Shown here piece by piece: positions 7,711 through 17,559 of a stretch of DNA of 58,010 bases; position 1 is the first letter of the stretch, and each line of letters opens with the position of its first letter. The notes beneath the pieces were generated by a model. The model saw only the letters and a program-made list of their open reading frames with translations, was not told where the DNA came from and did not search any database. The stretch lies in assembly GCA_029978085.1 (NCBI GenBank), contig JAPOJV010000002.1, positions 1 to 58,010 of the forward strand, written 5' to 3'. The DNA is from a bacterium. Lineage in GTDB: Bacteria > Planctomycetota > Planctomycetia > Pirellulales > UBA1268. A program made the translations under genes and the position numbers.

Positions 7711-8855
7711 GCCCCGCCCAGCGAGCGGGCGGCGGCGAGGTTGCGGCGGGCCGCATCCATGTTGGGCTCGCGCTTGAGCGCTTCTTCATAGGAGTGGACG
7801 GCCTCGGTAAACCGGCCCTGCCGCACCTGGGACACGCCACGATTGAACCAGGCCCGCGCGTCCCGCGGATCCTGGCGGATGGCCTGATTGAAGTCGAACT
7901 CCGCCTTCCGCGGCTCGCCGGCGTTGAGGTACGCGAGGCCGCGGTTGAGATAGCCGAGCGTGAACGTGCGGTCGCGACGGATCGACGAGGCATAGGCGTT
8001 GATCGCCTCGAGCTGCCGGCCGAGCTCGATCAGCGTGAGGCCGCGCCACAACTCCGGCCGCGGATCGTCGTACGCGATGCCCGACGCCTCCTCGAAGTCC
8101 TCGAGCGCGATTCCGTAGAGGCCGAGGTGAAACCAGGCGATGCCTCGCCGCAGGTAGAGTTCGGGCTCGTCAGGATTGACGGCCAGGCCCTGTGAGCAGG
8201 CATCGACCGCGGCCTCGAAGTCACCCAGCCGTCGTGAGACGACGCCGAGCGCGAGATAGGCCATCGTGTAATTGGGATCGGCCTTGATCGCCTCGCGGAG
8301 TTTGTCCCGCGCAGCCGCAAGATCCCCCCGCTTGTCGAGCTTCTCAGCCTCGGCCACGATCGGCTCGGCGGGCGAAGGCTCCCAGGCACCGGGTCCTGCA
8401 TCGAGATCACGTGAGCCATCGGGCACGGCCCGCACCCGCGGCTTCGCCCCCGACTCAGCCTCGGGGAACGGCACGGGGAGAGGAGTCCGCGGGGCCGGCG
8501 TCGGAAGCCGCGGCGATGGCGCCGTCGGCGGGTCGGCCGCACGCGGTTGTGCCACCGGCTCATCCAGTTCCGTCTGCGGCTCGGTCGCCGGCTTGAGCAG
8601 TGGCTCATCCGGCACGGCCGGCTTCCGCGGCGGCACAGATGGCTCTTGTGGCGACTTCGGCTTGCCGCCAAACGGGTTCAGCTCGTCAGCGAACGGATCA
8701 TCGTCGGCGGCGGCATCGGGCTGCGCCCACGCCATCTGCGGGGAAGTGGCGTGCCACACGCCCGCGGCCAGCGCAGCCACGACCGCAACCAGGCGCAGAG
8801 CCTGGCGCGAAGCCTGCCACGAAAGCGTCTCGCGAAGCGAGCGGATGCACGCCAT
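7671..8855 (-). CDS. TPR-repeat protein with signal peptide
   Basis: ATG 8855. N-terminal hydrophobic segment (LRLVAVVAALAAGVW). Pro-rich linker. C-terminal tandem TPR-like 34-aa units (AYLALGVV..G.FEAAV...QGLAVNPD..., ...YLNRGLAYLNAGEPRKAEFDFNQAIRQDP...). The last 13 aa and the stop are encoded by repeat copy B. Confidence 0.8.
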   Translation of the reverse strand: MACIRSLRETLSWQASRQALRLVAVVAALAAGVWHATSPQMAWAQPDAAADDDPFADELNPFGGKPKSPQEPSVPPRKPAVPDEPLLKPATEPQTELDEPVAQPRAADPPTAPSPRLPTPAPRTPLPVPFPEAESGAKPRVRAVPDGSRDLDAGPGAWEPSPAEPIVAEAEKLDKRGDLAAARDKLREAIKADPNYTMAYLALGVVSRRLGDFEAAVDACSQGLAVNPDEPELYLRRGIAWFHLGLYGIALEDFEEASGIAYDDPRPELWRGLTLIELGRQLEAINAYASSIRRDRTFTLGYLNRGLAYLNAGEPRKAEFDFNQAIRQDPRDARAWFNRGVSQVRQGRFTEAVHSYEEALKREPNMDAARRNLAAARSLGGARRPVTPGGPVTP

Positions 8856-8953
8856 ACCGATTGAATGATACCCCTTAAACGATCGTCAGATACGACTCGG
8901 GACCGCTGCCCAGCCCCCGGGCGGACATTCCGCCCCGACAATCGCTTCGACCG

Positions 8954-9271
8954 CTACACGACTGGACCGGCCAGCAGGCCGCCCAGCCGCTGCGTGATCC
9001 CCTCCCGAATCTTGCCCGCGAACATCCCTGCGAGGGCCGGGAGCTCCAGGCTGACGAGAATCTCGGCGGGCAGGATGTCGAGCGTGCTGTCGATCTGCAT
9101 GCCCATTACGGTCAGCTGGAGCTCGAGCCGATCCTCCCCCTGCCAGGCGGCCTCGATCTCGCCCACCTGATCGGCATATTCGTCACGAGCCTTCACGACG
9201 GCCCTGTCGAGTCGCCGCCGCACTTCGGCCTTGTCGAGCCCATGGGGAATTCGCACTTCAAGAGGCTTCAC
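8954..9271 (-). CDS. polyhydroxyalkanoic-acid-system-like small protein (PHA_gran_rgn-like)
   Basis: GTG 9271 preceded by GGAG. The pattern [25 protein letters not shown]...GEDRLELQLTVMGMQIDSTLDI...LELPALAGMFAGKIREGITQRL resembles that family. GTGA overlap with the upstream stop. Confidence 0.55.
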   Translation of the reverse strand: MKPLEVRIPHGLDKAEVRRRLDRAVVKARDEYADQVGEIEAAWQGEDRLELQLTVMGMQIDSTLDILPAEILVSLELPALAGMFAGKIREGITQRLGGLLAGPVV

Positions 9272-10053
9272 GCTGATGCTCCGGGAACCACGCGACCGGG
9301 ATCGAGGTGATCGAGTCCTGCGGCCGCTGCACACAGTGTACTTGCCGCCCGCACGAGATTCCTGTCGACGACACCGTTCCGTCCACCGCGACAGACGGCT
9401 CCGCGCACGGCCACGACATCGGCCCCGAGCCCGCGGGCCCGGGCAATTTCATCCAGCGTCAGCCGGCCGGCAGCCGCCACGGCCATCCCGGCCGCATGGG
9501 CCGCCGCGATCCATTCGGCCACGGCGTCTGCCTCGGCGAGGAGCCCAGGTCCGGCCTTGTCGCCGGTGTCGATGAGCAGCGTTCGGCAGCCGATCTCGGC
9601 CGCCTCACCGATCACGACCGCGGGATCTGGTGCGGCGGTTCGCCGCCAGTCGGCATAGGCCACCGCCACCGGCTCCACGCCCTCTGGCAGACAGCCGGCG
9701 AACGCAGCGAACGCCAGCCGCCACTCGCGCGGCGAAAGTCCGGCCGGCCCGGCCTTGGCTGCCACGGGCAGCGTGGCAGCCGCACAACAGGCCCGTGTGG
9801 CCCACGCTGCCGCATCGCCCGCGGCAAGCTCGCCACAGGCGAGCGTCCAGGGGGCAGCCCCGGCCACGAGGGCGGCCACCGCCGCCGCGACGTCGGCATC
9901 CGCGGCACCGAGCGGACCACGGCCAGGCTCCTTCACGTCGATGATCGCGGCACCTCCCGCCAGCGCGTCGGAAGCCTCGCGTGCATCGCGAACACTCACG
10001 AGCAATCCCTGCCACCGCCGCGGTGCGTGGTGGTCGGCATGCGGCCCGCTCAT
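9268..10053 (-). CDS. MfnB-like (5-formylfuran-3-yl)methyl phosphate synthase family protein (DUF556)
   Basis: [54 protein letters not shown] and [20 protein letters not shown] match the MfnB/DUF556 aldolase-type barrel pattern, including the Schiff-base Lys context. Confidence 0.75.
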   Translation of the reverse strand: MSGPHADHHAPRRWQGLLVSVRDAREASDALAGGAAIIDVKEPGRGPLGAADADVAAAVAALVAGAAPWTLACGELAAGDAAAWATRACCAAATLPVAAKAGPAGLSPREWRLAFAAFAGCLPEGVEPVAVAYADWRRTAAPDPAVVIGEAAEIGCRTLLIDTGDKAGPGLLAEADAVAEWIAAAHAAGMAVAAAGRLTLDEIARARGLGADVVAVRGAVCRGGRNGVVDRNLVRAASTLCAAAAGLDHLDPGRVVPGASA

Positions 10054-10604
10054 GCCGACGGCCCCGCCGCCGCGACCTCGCGCTTCGCCTCCAAGAGACT
10101 CGCACTGATCGCCCGCGCGCGATCCACCGACAGCGGCTCACACCACCGACCGTCGCAGACGATGTGGCCGTCCACCCAGCTGCCCCAGGCCGCGAAACTC
10201 CGCCGCTCCCGCCACTCGGTGGCCCGCTCCGCGAGCCGCACGACGATCGTGCCCACCCGCAACGGCGGCGTGTCGGAAGCGGCATCGAGGGGCTGCGAGC
10301 CATGGAACACGCATTCCACGACCTCGAGCGGCACCTCGTGCACGGTGAACGGCGCGAGCCGCGCGACGAGCCGGTCGCCCCGCCGCGCGAGCCGGGGCTG
10401 GGCCGCCGCCCAGGCGAACAGGGCGACGATCACGGCCACTCCGGCCGCGAGCCCTCCGCACAGGACCCGCTCCACGATCCCCGCCGCCGGCTGGACGGCC
10501 AGCCAGACGAGTCCGGCGATGATGACCGCTGCGACCGCCGCCCCGCCCCACACGGGCCGGACGTTGCCTCGCAACCACACGGCGTCAGGCCCAGTCTTCT
10601 TCAC
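10050..10604 (-). CDS. hypothetical membrane protein (two predicted TM helices)
   Basis: GTG 10604 preceded by GGAAG. Two hydrophobic helices ([35 protein letters not shown]) followed by a soluble domain. ATGA overlap with the MfnB-like start. This is the only credible part of the 853-aa track ORF. Confidence 0.55.
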   Translation of the reverse strand: MKKTGPDAVWLRGNVRPVWGGAAVAAVIIAGLVWLAVQPAAGIVERVLCGGLAAGVAVIVALFAWAAAQPRLARRGDRLVARLAPFTVHEVPLEVVECVFHGSQPLDAASDTPPLRVGTIVVRLAERATEWRERRSFAAWGSWVDGHIVCDGRWCEPLSVDRARAISASLLEAKREVAAAGPSA

Positions 10605-10670
10605 GCTTCCGCAACCCGCTCCGGCGACATACGATCTCGACGACGGTCCAACCGCAACGGAGCCGCGGCC

Positions 10671-12269
10671 ATGCACGACACCCACCATCCCGCTCACCAA
10701 CCCCAGACCCCACGGCGGGATCCGACGCTGTTCGGCATCGCGGCCTTGCTCGCCGCCTACATCGTGGCCGCACTGGCAGGCTGGCCGCAACATGGTCGTG
10801 ATTTGCTGGTCGCGGCACAAGCGGCCCACGGCAGCGACCATGCGGCGGGCGACGCCCACGCCGCAGACCACGGCGACAACGTGCATCCGGGCGACCACGG
10901 CGGCGCGGCCCCGCCGCTGGCTACCGTGCTCCCGTTCCTGATCCTTCTCGGCGCGATCGCCATCCTGCCGCTCACGCCGCGGTTCTCCCACTGGTGGGAA
11001 CACAACTCCAGCAAGTTTCTCGTCGCCAGTCTGCTCGCCCTCGTCACGCTCGCTTATTACACGTTCCTGCACCGCGAGCCGGTGGACCTCCATTTCCCGA
11101 GCCACGCCGTGGTGAGTCCCGCGGCGGCGGGCCCGTCGTGGGGCCTGGCCGGCGCCACGCTCGCCAATGCCCTGTTCTCGGAATACGTGCCGTTCATCGT
11201 GCTGCTGTTCGCGCTCTACTGCGTGACGGGCGGCGTGCGGATCGAGGGTGACCTCGAGGCCACGCCCACGGTCAACACCGCCTTCCTCGGGATCGGCGGC
11301 CTCGCGGCGAGCTTCATCGGCACCACCGGCGCGGCGATGCTGCTGGTGCGGCCGCTTCTGGAGACCAACCGCGACCGGCGGCACGTGGCCCACACCCTCG
11401 TGTTCTTCATTTTCATCGTCTGCAACTGCGGCGGCTGCCTGCTCCCGATCGGCGACCCGCCGCTCTTTCTCGGGTATTTGGAGGGCGTCGACTTCCTCTG
11501 GACGTTCTCCCTCTGGAAGCCCTGGCTGATGGTCAACAGCCTGTTGCTGGCGATCTACTGGGCGTGGGACACGTTCTACGCCCACCCCCGCGAGTCGTCC
11601 CGCGACCTGGCCCGCGACGCGCGGACGGCAGGCGCCCTCAAAGTGAGCGGCCTGTGGCCGAATGCGCCGCTGATGGCCGGCGTCATTGCCGCGGTGGCGC
11701 TGCTCGATCCCTCGAAGGCATTTCCGGGCACCACGTGGCACCCGTGGGTGTTTCTCCGGGAGGCCGTGCTGATCGGCCTCGTGGGCCTGTCGCTGCTGCT
11801 CGGCTCGCGGGAGGTTCGCCGCAAGAACGGGTTCACCTACTTCGCGATCCTCGAAGTCGCGGCCCTGTTCGTGGGGATCTTCATCTGCATGCAGCCGGCC
11901 CTCGCGATTCTCAACGAGCGGGGGGCGAGCCTGGGCATCGACTCGCCACAGGCGTTTTTCTGGGCCACGGGCTCGCTGTCGAGCGTGCTCGACAATGCCC
12001 CGACGTATCTCGTGTTCTTCAAGACCGCCCAGGCGATGCCCTCCGCGGGCGACACGATGGCCGGCGTCGACGTGGCCCGTCTGGCCGCGATCAGCCTCGG
12101 GGCCGTATTCTTGGGGGCGATGACCTACATCGGCAACGGCCCCAACTTCATGGTGAAGGCCATCGCGGAGCAGGCCGGCGTGAAGATGCCGAGCTTCTTC
12201 GGCTACATCCTCTACAGCCTGGGGGTGCTGCTGCCGGTGTTCCTGGTCATGTCCTTCCTCTTTCTCTGA
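10671..12269 (+). CDS. CitMHS/NhaD-type (ArsB/NhaD superfamily) ion transporter, annotated-style sodium:proton antiporter
   Basis: 532 aa from ATG 10671. About 11-12 hydrophobic segments. Motifs SVLDNAPTY and GNGPNFMVK are typical of this permease family. His/Asp-rich N-terminal loop. Confidence 0.75.
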   Translation: MHDTHHPAHQPQTPRRDPTLFGIAALLAAYIVAALAGWPQHGRDLLVAAQAAHGSDHAAGDAHAADHGDNVHPGDHGGAAPPLATVLPFLILLGAIAILPLTPRFSHWWEHNSSKFLVASLLALVTLAYYTFLHREPVDLHFPSHAVVSPAAAGPSWGLAGATLANALFSEYVPFIVLLFALYCVTGGVRIEGDLEATPTVNTAFLGIGGLAASFIGTTGAAMLLVRPLLETNRDRRHVAHTLVFFIFIVCNCGGCLLPIGDPPLFLGYLEGVDFLWTFSLWKPWLMVNSLLLAIYWAWDTFYAHPRESSRDLARDARTAGALKVSGLWPNAPLMAGVIAAVALLDPSKAFPGTTWHPWVFLREAVLIGLVGLSLLLGSREVRRKNGFTYFAILEVAALFVGIFICMQPALAILNERGASLGIDSPQAFFWATGSLSSVLDNAPTYLVFFKTAQAMPSAGDTMAGVDVARLAAISLGAVFLGAMTYIGNGPNFMVKAIAEQAGVKMPSFFGYILYSLGVLLPVFLVMSFLFL

Positions 12270-12285
12270 TGCACAACCGGCCCTG

Positions 12286-13509
12286 ATGCACAACCGGCAC
12301 TCACGCCCGTCGCCGGCCCGCGGACCGCGAGCCGATTTCGAGACCGTCACCACCGATTCGCAGCTCCGCGACCTCGTCGGCAGGCTCGCCTCCCATCCGC
12401 ACGTCGCCTTCGACACCGAGTTCGTGTCGGAGCACACGTACCGCAGCCAGCTCTGCCTCGTGCAGGTGGCCGCGCCCGGCATCCTGGCGGTGATCGACAC
12501 GCTGGCCGTCCGCGAGCTGGAGCCGTTCTGGCGGCTGCTCGCCGAGCCCGGACGAACCACCGTCGTGCACGCCGGCCGCGAGGAAATGGGCTTCATCCTG
12601 CATGCGATCAAGGCCCGGCCGGCGCGGCTGTTCGACGTGCAGGTGGCCGCCGGTCTCGTCGACCACGACTACCCGGCCGGCTATGCCTCGATCGTTCGCC
12701 GCTTTCTCGATCTGCCGACGAACAAGGGCGAGACCCGCACCGACTGGCGGCAGCGGCCGCTCTCGACGGCCCAGCTCGAATACGCCGTCGATGACGTGCG
12801 GCATCTCGAGGAGCTCTGGCAGACGCTCCAGGGCGACCTGGAGAAGCTCGGCCGCGTGACCTGGATGGACGAGGAGATGGCCACCTGGCAGGACGACGTC
12901 GAGGAGTCGTTCGTGCGGAAGCGGTGGCGGCGGGTGTCGGGGATGAACGGCCTCAGCCGCCGCGAACTGGCGATCGCCCGCGAGGTCTGGCACTGGCGCG
13001 ACGCCCTGGCCGAGGAGCGGGACATGCCGCCGCGGCGGGTGCTCCGCGACGACCTGCTCGTGGAGCTCGCCAAGCGGAAGAGCGCCGACGAGCGGCAGAT
13101 CTCGGCGATCCGTGGCATGCAGCGGTCCGATCTGCGGCACATCCTCAAGAGCCTCTCCGCGGCGATCGAACGCGGGCTCGACCTGCCGGACGACGAATGC
13201 CCCGGTGGCGAACGGCACCGCACGCCCCCACCGCAGCTGGCCGTGCTCGGCCAGTTCATGGCGACGGCGATCGCCGGTCTCTGTCGGCAGATGCAGCTCG
13301 CTCCGGCCCTCGTCGGCACATCGTCGGATATGCGGGATCTCCTCGCCCACAAGCTCGGCTACTTCGACGAGGAGCGGCCGCCGCTGCTCGCCACCGGCTG
13401 GCGGGCGGGCGTCGTCGGTGACGTGGTGGACGACCTCATCTCGGGCAAGGCGTCGCTCCGGATCGGCAACATCCGCTCCCACGACCCGCTCGTCATCGAC
13501 CGCTCGTAA
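12286..13509 (+). CDS. rnd: ribonuclease D
   Basis: DEDD 3'-5' exonuclease motifs (VAFDTEFV, HAGREEMGF, LEYAVDDVRHL) followed by an HRDC-like region. Confidence 0.88.
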   Translation: MHNRHSRPSPARGPRADFETVTTDSQLRDLVGRLASHPHVAFDTEFVSEHTYRSQLCLVQVAAPGILAVIDTLAVRELEPFWRLLAEPGRTTVVHAGREEMGFILHAIKARPARLFDVQVAAGLVDHDYPAGYASIVRRFLDLPTNKGETRTDWRQRPLSTAQLEYAVDDVRHLEELWQTLQGDLEKLGRVTWMDEEMATWQDDVEESFVRKRWRRVSGMNGLSRRELAIAREVWHWRDALAEERDMPPRRVLRDDLLVELAKRKSADERQISAIRGMQRSDLRHILKSLSAAIERGLDLPDDECPGGERHRTPPPQLAVLGQFMATAIAGLCRQMQLAPALVGTSSDMRDLLAHKLGYFDEERPPLLATGWRAGVVGDVVDDLISGKASLRIGNIRSHDPLVIDRS

Positions 13510-13948
13510 CGCGGTTCTTCCGCAGCGCCACCAGAATCTCACCCCCCGCGGCGGTCGAGCGAAACTCCCGCGGCCGCGGCCGGTCGGCCGACACAAAGCA
13601 CAGCCGCCGTGCGTCGCCATCCGTGTCATAGATGCCGACGTACCGCCGGCCGCGCCTTCCCGCGGCACCGAGCGTCTCCATCTCGAACGCCTTCGGCAGC
13701 GAATCTTCATCGACCGTGCTCGTGCCCTCCCCGACTGGCAGTCCCTTGAGCCGCACCTCCCACGAGCCATCAGCGGCATAGTCGACGGCCAGCATGTCGG
13801 CGAATTCCTGATCGACGAGCTTGCCGTTCACCTCGACGCGGGTCACCTGCCAGCGGCCTGACGATGTCTCCATGTCGCCAGCGGCCGCGATCGCCACCGC
13901 AGCGAGCAGCGGCAGCGCGACGGCCGCGGCCGCTCTACAGCCAGCCAT
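13493..13948 (-). CDS. TIGR03067-type planctomycete-specific exported protein
   Basis: ATG 13948. Signal peptide (AAAVALPLLAAVAIAAAG). Family pattern W.V..VEVNGK......DG.W..........DSLPKAF.........YVGIY..DGD...LC.....RP.EF. Its 3' end overlaps the rnd 3' end by 17 nt. Confidence 0.72.
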   Translation of the reverse strand: MAGCRAAAAVALPLLAAVAIAAAGDMETSSGRWQVTRVEVNGKLVDQEFADMLAVDYAADGSWEVRLKGLPVGEGTSTVDEDSLPKAFEMETLGAAGRRGRRYVGIYDTDGDARRLCFVSADRPRPREFRSTAAGGEILVALRKNRVTSGR

Positions 13949-14969
13949 GATCGCGATACCACTCGGCGGTCTGGCGGAGGCGGAAGTCGAGCGGGCGAGC
14001 CGGCACGAACGCCAGCTGGGCCCGCGCCTTCGCGGCCGAGCAGGCCCAGCTCCAGGCCGTCGCCTCCCGAACCTTGTCGCGGGACAGCATCGCCACCGAC
14101 CCCGTGAGCCGCGAGAGCTCCTCCGATACGCCCCCGACCGTTCGCCCCACCCACCGCCACAAGGGCCACACGACCACCCGGCGGCCGAGCGCAGCGGCGA
14201 CGCGGCGGCCGAACTGGCCGTATGTGGGATGCTCGCGATCGTCGCAGGCAAAGTAGAAACCGCGGTGTCCGGCATCACGGCTGCCGGCCGGGACGAGTGT
14301 CTCGCCGTTGCGGGCGGCGCGGAGCAGCAGATCGACGAGATCGTCGATGTGGATGAGCGAGAGCCGCGGCGTGTGGAATCCCACCACCACGTGCAGGCCC
14401 GTGCGCTGGATCGCCTTGAAGATCGCGGCCATCTTCGGATCGCGATCACCGTAGACGATGCCGGGACGCACGATCGTGATCGGGAGCCGCTCTGCTCGCT
14501 GCTCGAGGGCGATCTCCCCCGCCCGCTTGCTCGCGCCATAGTCGGAGACGGGCGCGGGCACATCGATCTCGTCGCGGTAGGCCCGCTCCAGTGGCGGCGG
14601 CCCAGCGGCCGCCAGGCTCGACACGTAGACGAACCGCGGTGGCGTGGGCAGCGCCGCACAGGCGTCGGCGAGCCAGCCGGTAGCCTCGCCGTTGGTTCTC
14701 AGCAGTTCGTGTTTCGATCGCGCTGCGACGAGCCCTCCCGCATGCAGCACTGTGTCGCAGCCGTCGAGTGCGTGGCGATACGAGTCGGGGGCTTCGAGCG
14801 TGCCTTCGACCCGCACGATGCCCGGTCGATCCAGGTGCTCGGCGCGAGCCGTCGGCCTCAGCAGGCAGCGGACCTCGCAGCCCCGGCGGAGCAGTTCCTC
14901 GGCCACGTGCGTGCCGACGAAGCCGGAGGCCCCGGTAAGAAACACGGTCTGGACGGGCATCGACGACAT
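13935..14969 (-). CDS. NAD-dependent epimerase/dehydratase (extended SDR) family protein
   Basis: Rossmann motif VFLTGASGFVGTHV and catalytic YGASK context. Confidence 0.85.
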   Translation of the reverse strand: MSSMPVQTVFLTGASGFVGTHVAEELLRRGCEVRCLLRPTARAEHLDRPGIVRVEGTLEAPDSYRHALDGCDTVLHAGGLVAARSKHELLRTNGEATGWLADACAALPTPPRFVYVSSLAAAGPPPLERAYRDEIDVPAPVSDYGASKRAGEIALEQRAERLPITIVRPGIVYGDRDPKMAAIFKAIQRTGLHVVVGFHTPRLSLIHIDDLVDLLLRAARNGETLVPAGSRDAGHRGFYFACDDREHPTYGQFGRRVAAALGRRVVVWPLWRWVGRTVGGVSEELSRLTGSVAMLSRDKVREATAWSWACSAAKARAQLAFVPARPLDFRLRQTAEWYRDHGWL

Positions 14970-15255
14970 ACCACGGTGGACTCCATGGAAGGGCGTGGCG
15001 TCCGCGGCCGGTCGTCACTGACCACACCGCGCCTCGGCGGGAAATCACCGAGAACTGCCACCACACAGGCGTCGTGCCCTCAATGCGAGCGATAATGCTT
15101 CCGAAACCAGCCAAATGCAAATTCCGCCATCCAAGCCCTGAGCGCGAGGGGATCCCGCGGCGGAAGCCGCGGACGGGCCACCCCAACATTCGAGGGGACA
15201 GCTCCCGAACGGGCCGATACAATGGAGGCTCATCCTTTCCATCGGAGGTGCTGCG

Positions 15256-15786
15256 ATGTCCATGGCGAAAGGCTTTCGTACCGGGAACAGTCTGGTTTGG
15301 TCACCGCATGGACTGGCGACGTCCGTTGCCCTGGCCTGTCTCCTCGCGGCTGGGTCGCTCGAGGCTGCCGACCCACGGCCGCCGCGGTCGAGCGTCGGCC
15401 AGCCCCGAACCGGACAGACCCAACCCTTCGGGAACGGCACGCTCACGAACCGCTCCGACGGGTCGAGCAGCCGCACCCAGGCATTCGGCTCCGGCTCGCT
15501 CACGACCGAACGCACCCGCGATGGGCGGACGATCACCGGCCACACGCAGAAGTTCGGCAATGGCACGATCACCCGCTGGTCCGACGGCACGACCTCTCGC
15601 ACGCAGCCCTTCGGCTCGGGCTCGCTGACGACAGAGACGGGCCGCGACGGCCGGACGGTGACAGGCCACACGCAGAAGTTCGGCAGCGGCACGATCACGA
15701 ACTGGTCCGACGGCTCCACGAGCCGCTCGGAAAAGTTCGGCAGCGGCACGCTGCAGCGCGAACAACCGGGCCGCAATCGCCGCTGA
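15256..15786 (+). CDS. exported tandem-repeat protein (FG-x-G-T/S...DG repeats)
   Basis: GGAGG 7 nt upstream of the ATG. Signal peptide. Six alternating 19/23-aa repeats (TQ.FG.GT.T..SDG..SR / TQ.FGSGSLTTE..RDGRT.TGH). Confidence 0.7.
   Translation: MSMAKGFRTGNSLVWSPHGLATSVALACLLAAGSLEAADPRPPRSSVGQPRTGQTQPFGNGTLTNRSDGSSSRTQAFGSGSLTTERTRDGRTITGHTQKFGNGTITRWSDGTTSRTQPFGSGSLTTETGRDGRTVTGHTQKFGSGTITNWSDGSTSRSEKFGSGTLQREQPGRNRR
15475..15726 (+). repeat. 2 x 126-bp in-frame tandem repeat inside the 15256-15786 CDS
   Basis: 15475-15600 and 15601-15726 encode near-identical 42-aa blocks. Partial units flank both sides. Confidence 0.85.
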
Positions 15787-15804
15787 CCGTGAAGCCCGAC
15801 TTAC

Positions 15805-16032
15805 TCATATTCCTTCGGCCCTGAACCGGGCCTCGACCATGTCGGCCATGTCGCGGGCCTGGGCCTCGAGTTCCTCGAGCAGTTCGTCGTCCTCGTCGTC
15901 GCTGGCACGGCGGGCGAGAAACAGCAGATAGTTGGCCTCGTTCCGCCAGGCCTTGAGCCAGTCGGGCCGCGTCGACACCGGCTGATAGATCAGCCGCTCG
16001 AGCCGGTCGAATGCGTCACCCTGCAGCATCAT
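15805..16032 (-). CDS. small acidic hypothetical protein (75 aa)
   Basis: ATG-started ORF with helical, acidic composition (…DDEDDELLEELEAQARDMADMVEARF…). Confidence 0.45.
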   Translation of the reverse strand: MMLQGDAFDRLERLIYQPVSTRPDWLKAWRNEANYLLFLARRASDDEDDELLEELEAQARDMADMVEARFRAEGI

Positions 16033-16242
16033 CGAAGTCGAGGCACCAGTTGCGGTGGGGCGTCACTCGTCATACGGGGCCGCGTGATCGTCGGTCGGAA
16101 GTTCATCGTACCCGTCGGACGGGCTGTCGAACCACGGCGCGAGATCGGGAAAGTCCATGCGGTGGTGCCGTTTCGGAGGCCGGGAAGCTCACGGCCGAAT
16201 CATGCGTTCGCGACCGTGCGCTGGCAACAGACCACAGCTCGA

Positions 16243-16725
16243 TCAGCGGAAGAATTCCTCGAAGCCGGATCTTTTCCGGCCCATGCTCGCGAGAATCGCG
16301 AATAGCACGGCCGTGTTGAGGCCCGACGCGAGCATGCCCGTCGCCGCCTCCATCGGCTCGAACGCCCGATACGGGGGCACGAGCACGTGCTTGGCCGTGC
16401 CCAGCGTGGTGAAGGTCGTGCCCGAAAAATAGAAGGCATCGAGAAAGGTATCGAACCGGCCGAACTGCCGCAGGACCCAGGCCCAGAGGGCCACCTGGAT
16501 GAAGCTCGACACGGCGATCCAGACGGTGGCCACCATGATCGACGGGAGCAGCAGCGACGCGCCGCTCGCGGCCACGAGCACCCGGTTCTTCAGCCAGACC
16601 TGTGACTTCAGGATCAGGAACATGAAGCAGGCGTGAATCGCGAGACTGACCCCCACGAGCAGGATGCCCACCGCCAGCACGAACGCCGTCTCGCCTTCGA
16701 AGGTGCCATCCATGAGCGCAATCAA
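16243..16725 (-). CDS. small ion-channel family protein (K+-channel-like pore, non-canonical filter)
   Basis: Three hydrophobic helices with a pore-helix-like FLDAFYFSGTTFTTLGTAKH between them. The TTLGTA sits where K+ channels have T(V/I)GYG. The track start is TTG 16725. ATG 16713 is an alternative. Confidence 0.55.
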   Translation of the reverse strand: MIALMDGTFEGETAFVLAVGILLVGVSLAIHACFMFLILKSQVWLKNRVLVAASGASLLLPSIMVATVWIAVSSFIQVALWAWVLRQFGRFDTFLDAFYFSGTTFTTLGTAKHVLVPPYRAFEPMEAATGMLASGLNTAVLFAILASMGRKRSGFEEFFR

Positions 16726-16746
16726 TCTCCTGGAGCTGGCCCGTGG

Positions 16747-17559
16747 CTACCGCACGGCGGGCAGATCAGCGGGCCGGTCGTCGGCAACCAGCGGCCGATC
16801 GGGATCGGGGCCATCGGGCGGCGTCAGCGTGGCGAAAGTCTTGGCGTTGCGGAGGTCGGTCTGCGCAGAGGCCACGGCCGTCCCGGCATCGTCGCCCTGC
16901 TCCTTTCGCTTCCACGGGGAGCGGATGCGTTCGCCGGCAAATTCGACGCGATCGTAGATATTGCCATCCTGGAACGGGCCGGTGCCGAACATCCAGCGGT
17001 CTCGAGTGTTGCTGTTGATTCGCGCGATCCCGCTCTGCCACAGCGGCCGGCCGCTGGCCCGCTCATAGGCGAAGAGATTGACCTCGGCCACGCCCCGCTG
17101 ATCCGTCCGCTTGAAGATCGCCATTTCGGGAATCGACGTGCCGTTCCCCGCGACCTGCACGCTCGTGGCCGGAATGCCCAGAAGTAGCTCGTTGCGGTCG
17201 GTGCCGATCGCCCCGGCTCGCGCCTCGACCACCACTGCCGCCGTGTCGCGATTCGCTGCGAGCCGGCAGCCGGAGGCCAGGATCTGATGCCGCAGCGCGC
17301 TGGTGAGATACTTGCCGTCCTGCACGTCGTCGAGCATCGTCGTGTCGAGAAACACCGCCTGCCCAGCCAGCGGCCGCATGTCGATCTGCATCACCGCCCG
17401 CTCGACGGCATCGGAGATCAGCAACTGCTCGGTGGCCGTGCGCTTGGAGTCGCTCCAGCGGGTCGTGCCACAGCCCGCGACGGAGACGATGACCGCGATC
17501 GCGCAGCCGAGCCAGACACAGGCCGATTGGCGACGGGGGCTCGGATGAAGACGTGACAT
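16747..17559 (-). CDS. lipoprotein, function unknown
   Basis: Lipobox-like VSVAGC after a hydrophobic N-terminus. 270 aa. Confidence 0.65.
   Translation of the reverse strand: MSRLHPSPRRQSACVWLGCAIAVIVSVAGCGTTRWSDSKRTATEQLLISDAVERAVMQIDMRPLAGQAVFLDTTMLDDVQDGKYLTSALRHQILASGCRLAANRDTAAVVVEARAGAIGTDRNELLLGIPATSVQVAGNGTSIPEMAIFKRTDQRGVAEVNLFAYERASGRPLWQSGIARINSNTRDRWMFGTGPFQDGNIYDRVEFAGERIRSPWKRKEQGDDAGTAVASAQTDLRNAKTFATLTPPDGPDPDRPLVADDRPADLPAVR

Noticed and set aside
10605-12611. Upstream two-thirds of the 853-aa minus-strand ORF 10050..12611
   Set aside because: It lies antisense to a convincing multi-TM transporter gene and is Arg/Gly/Pro/Glu-rich with no domain-like sequence. This is a typical high-G+C shadow ORF. 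Only the last 184 codons (10050-10604) look real.
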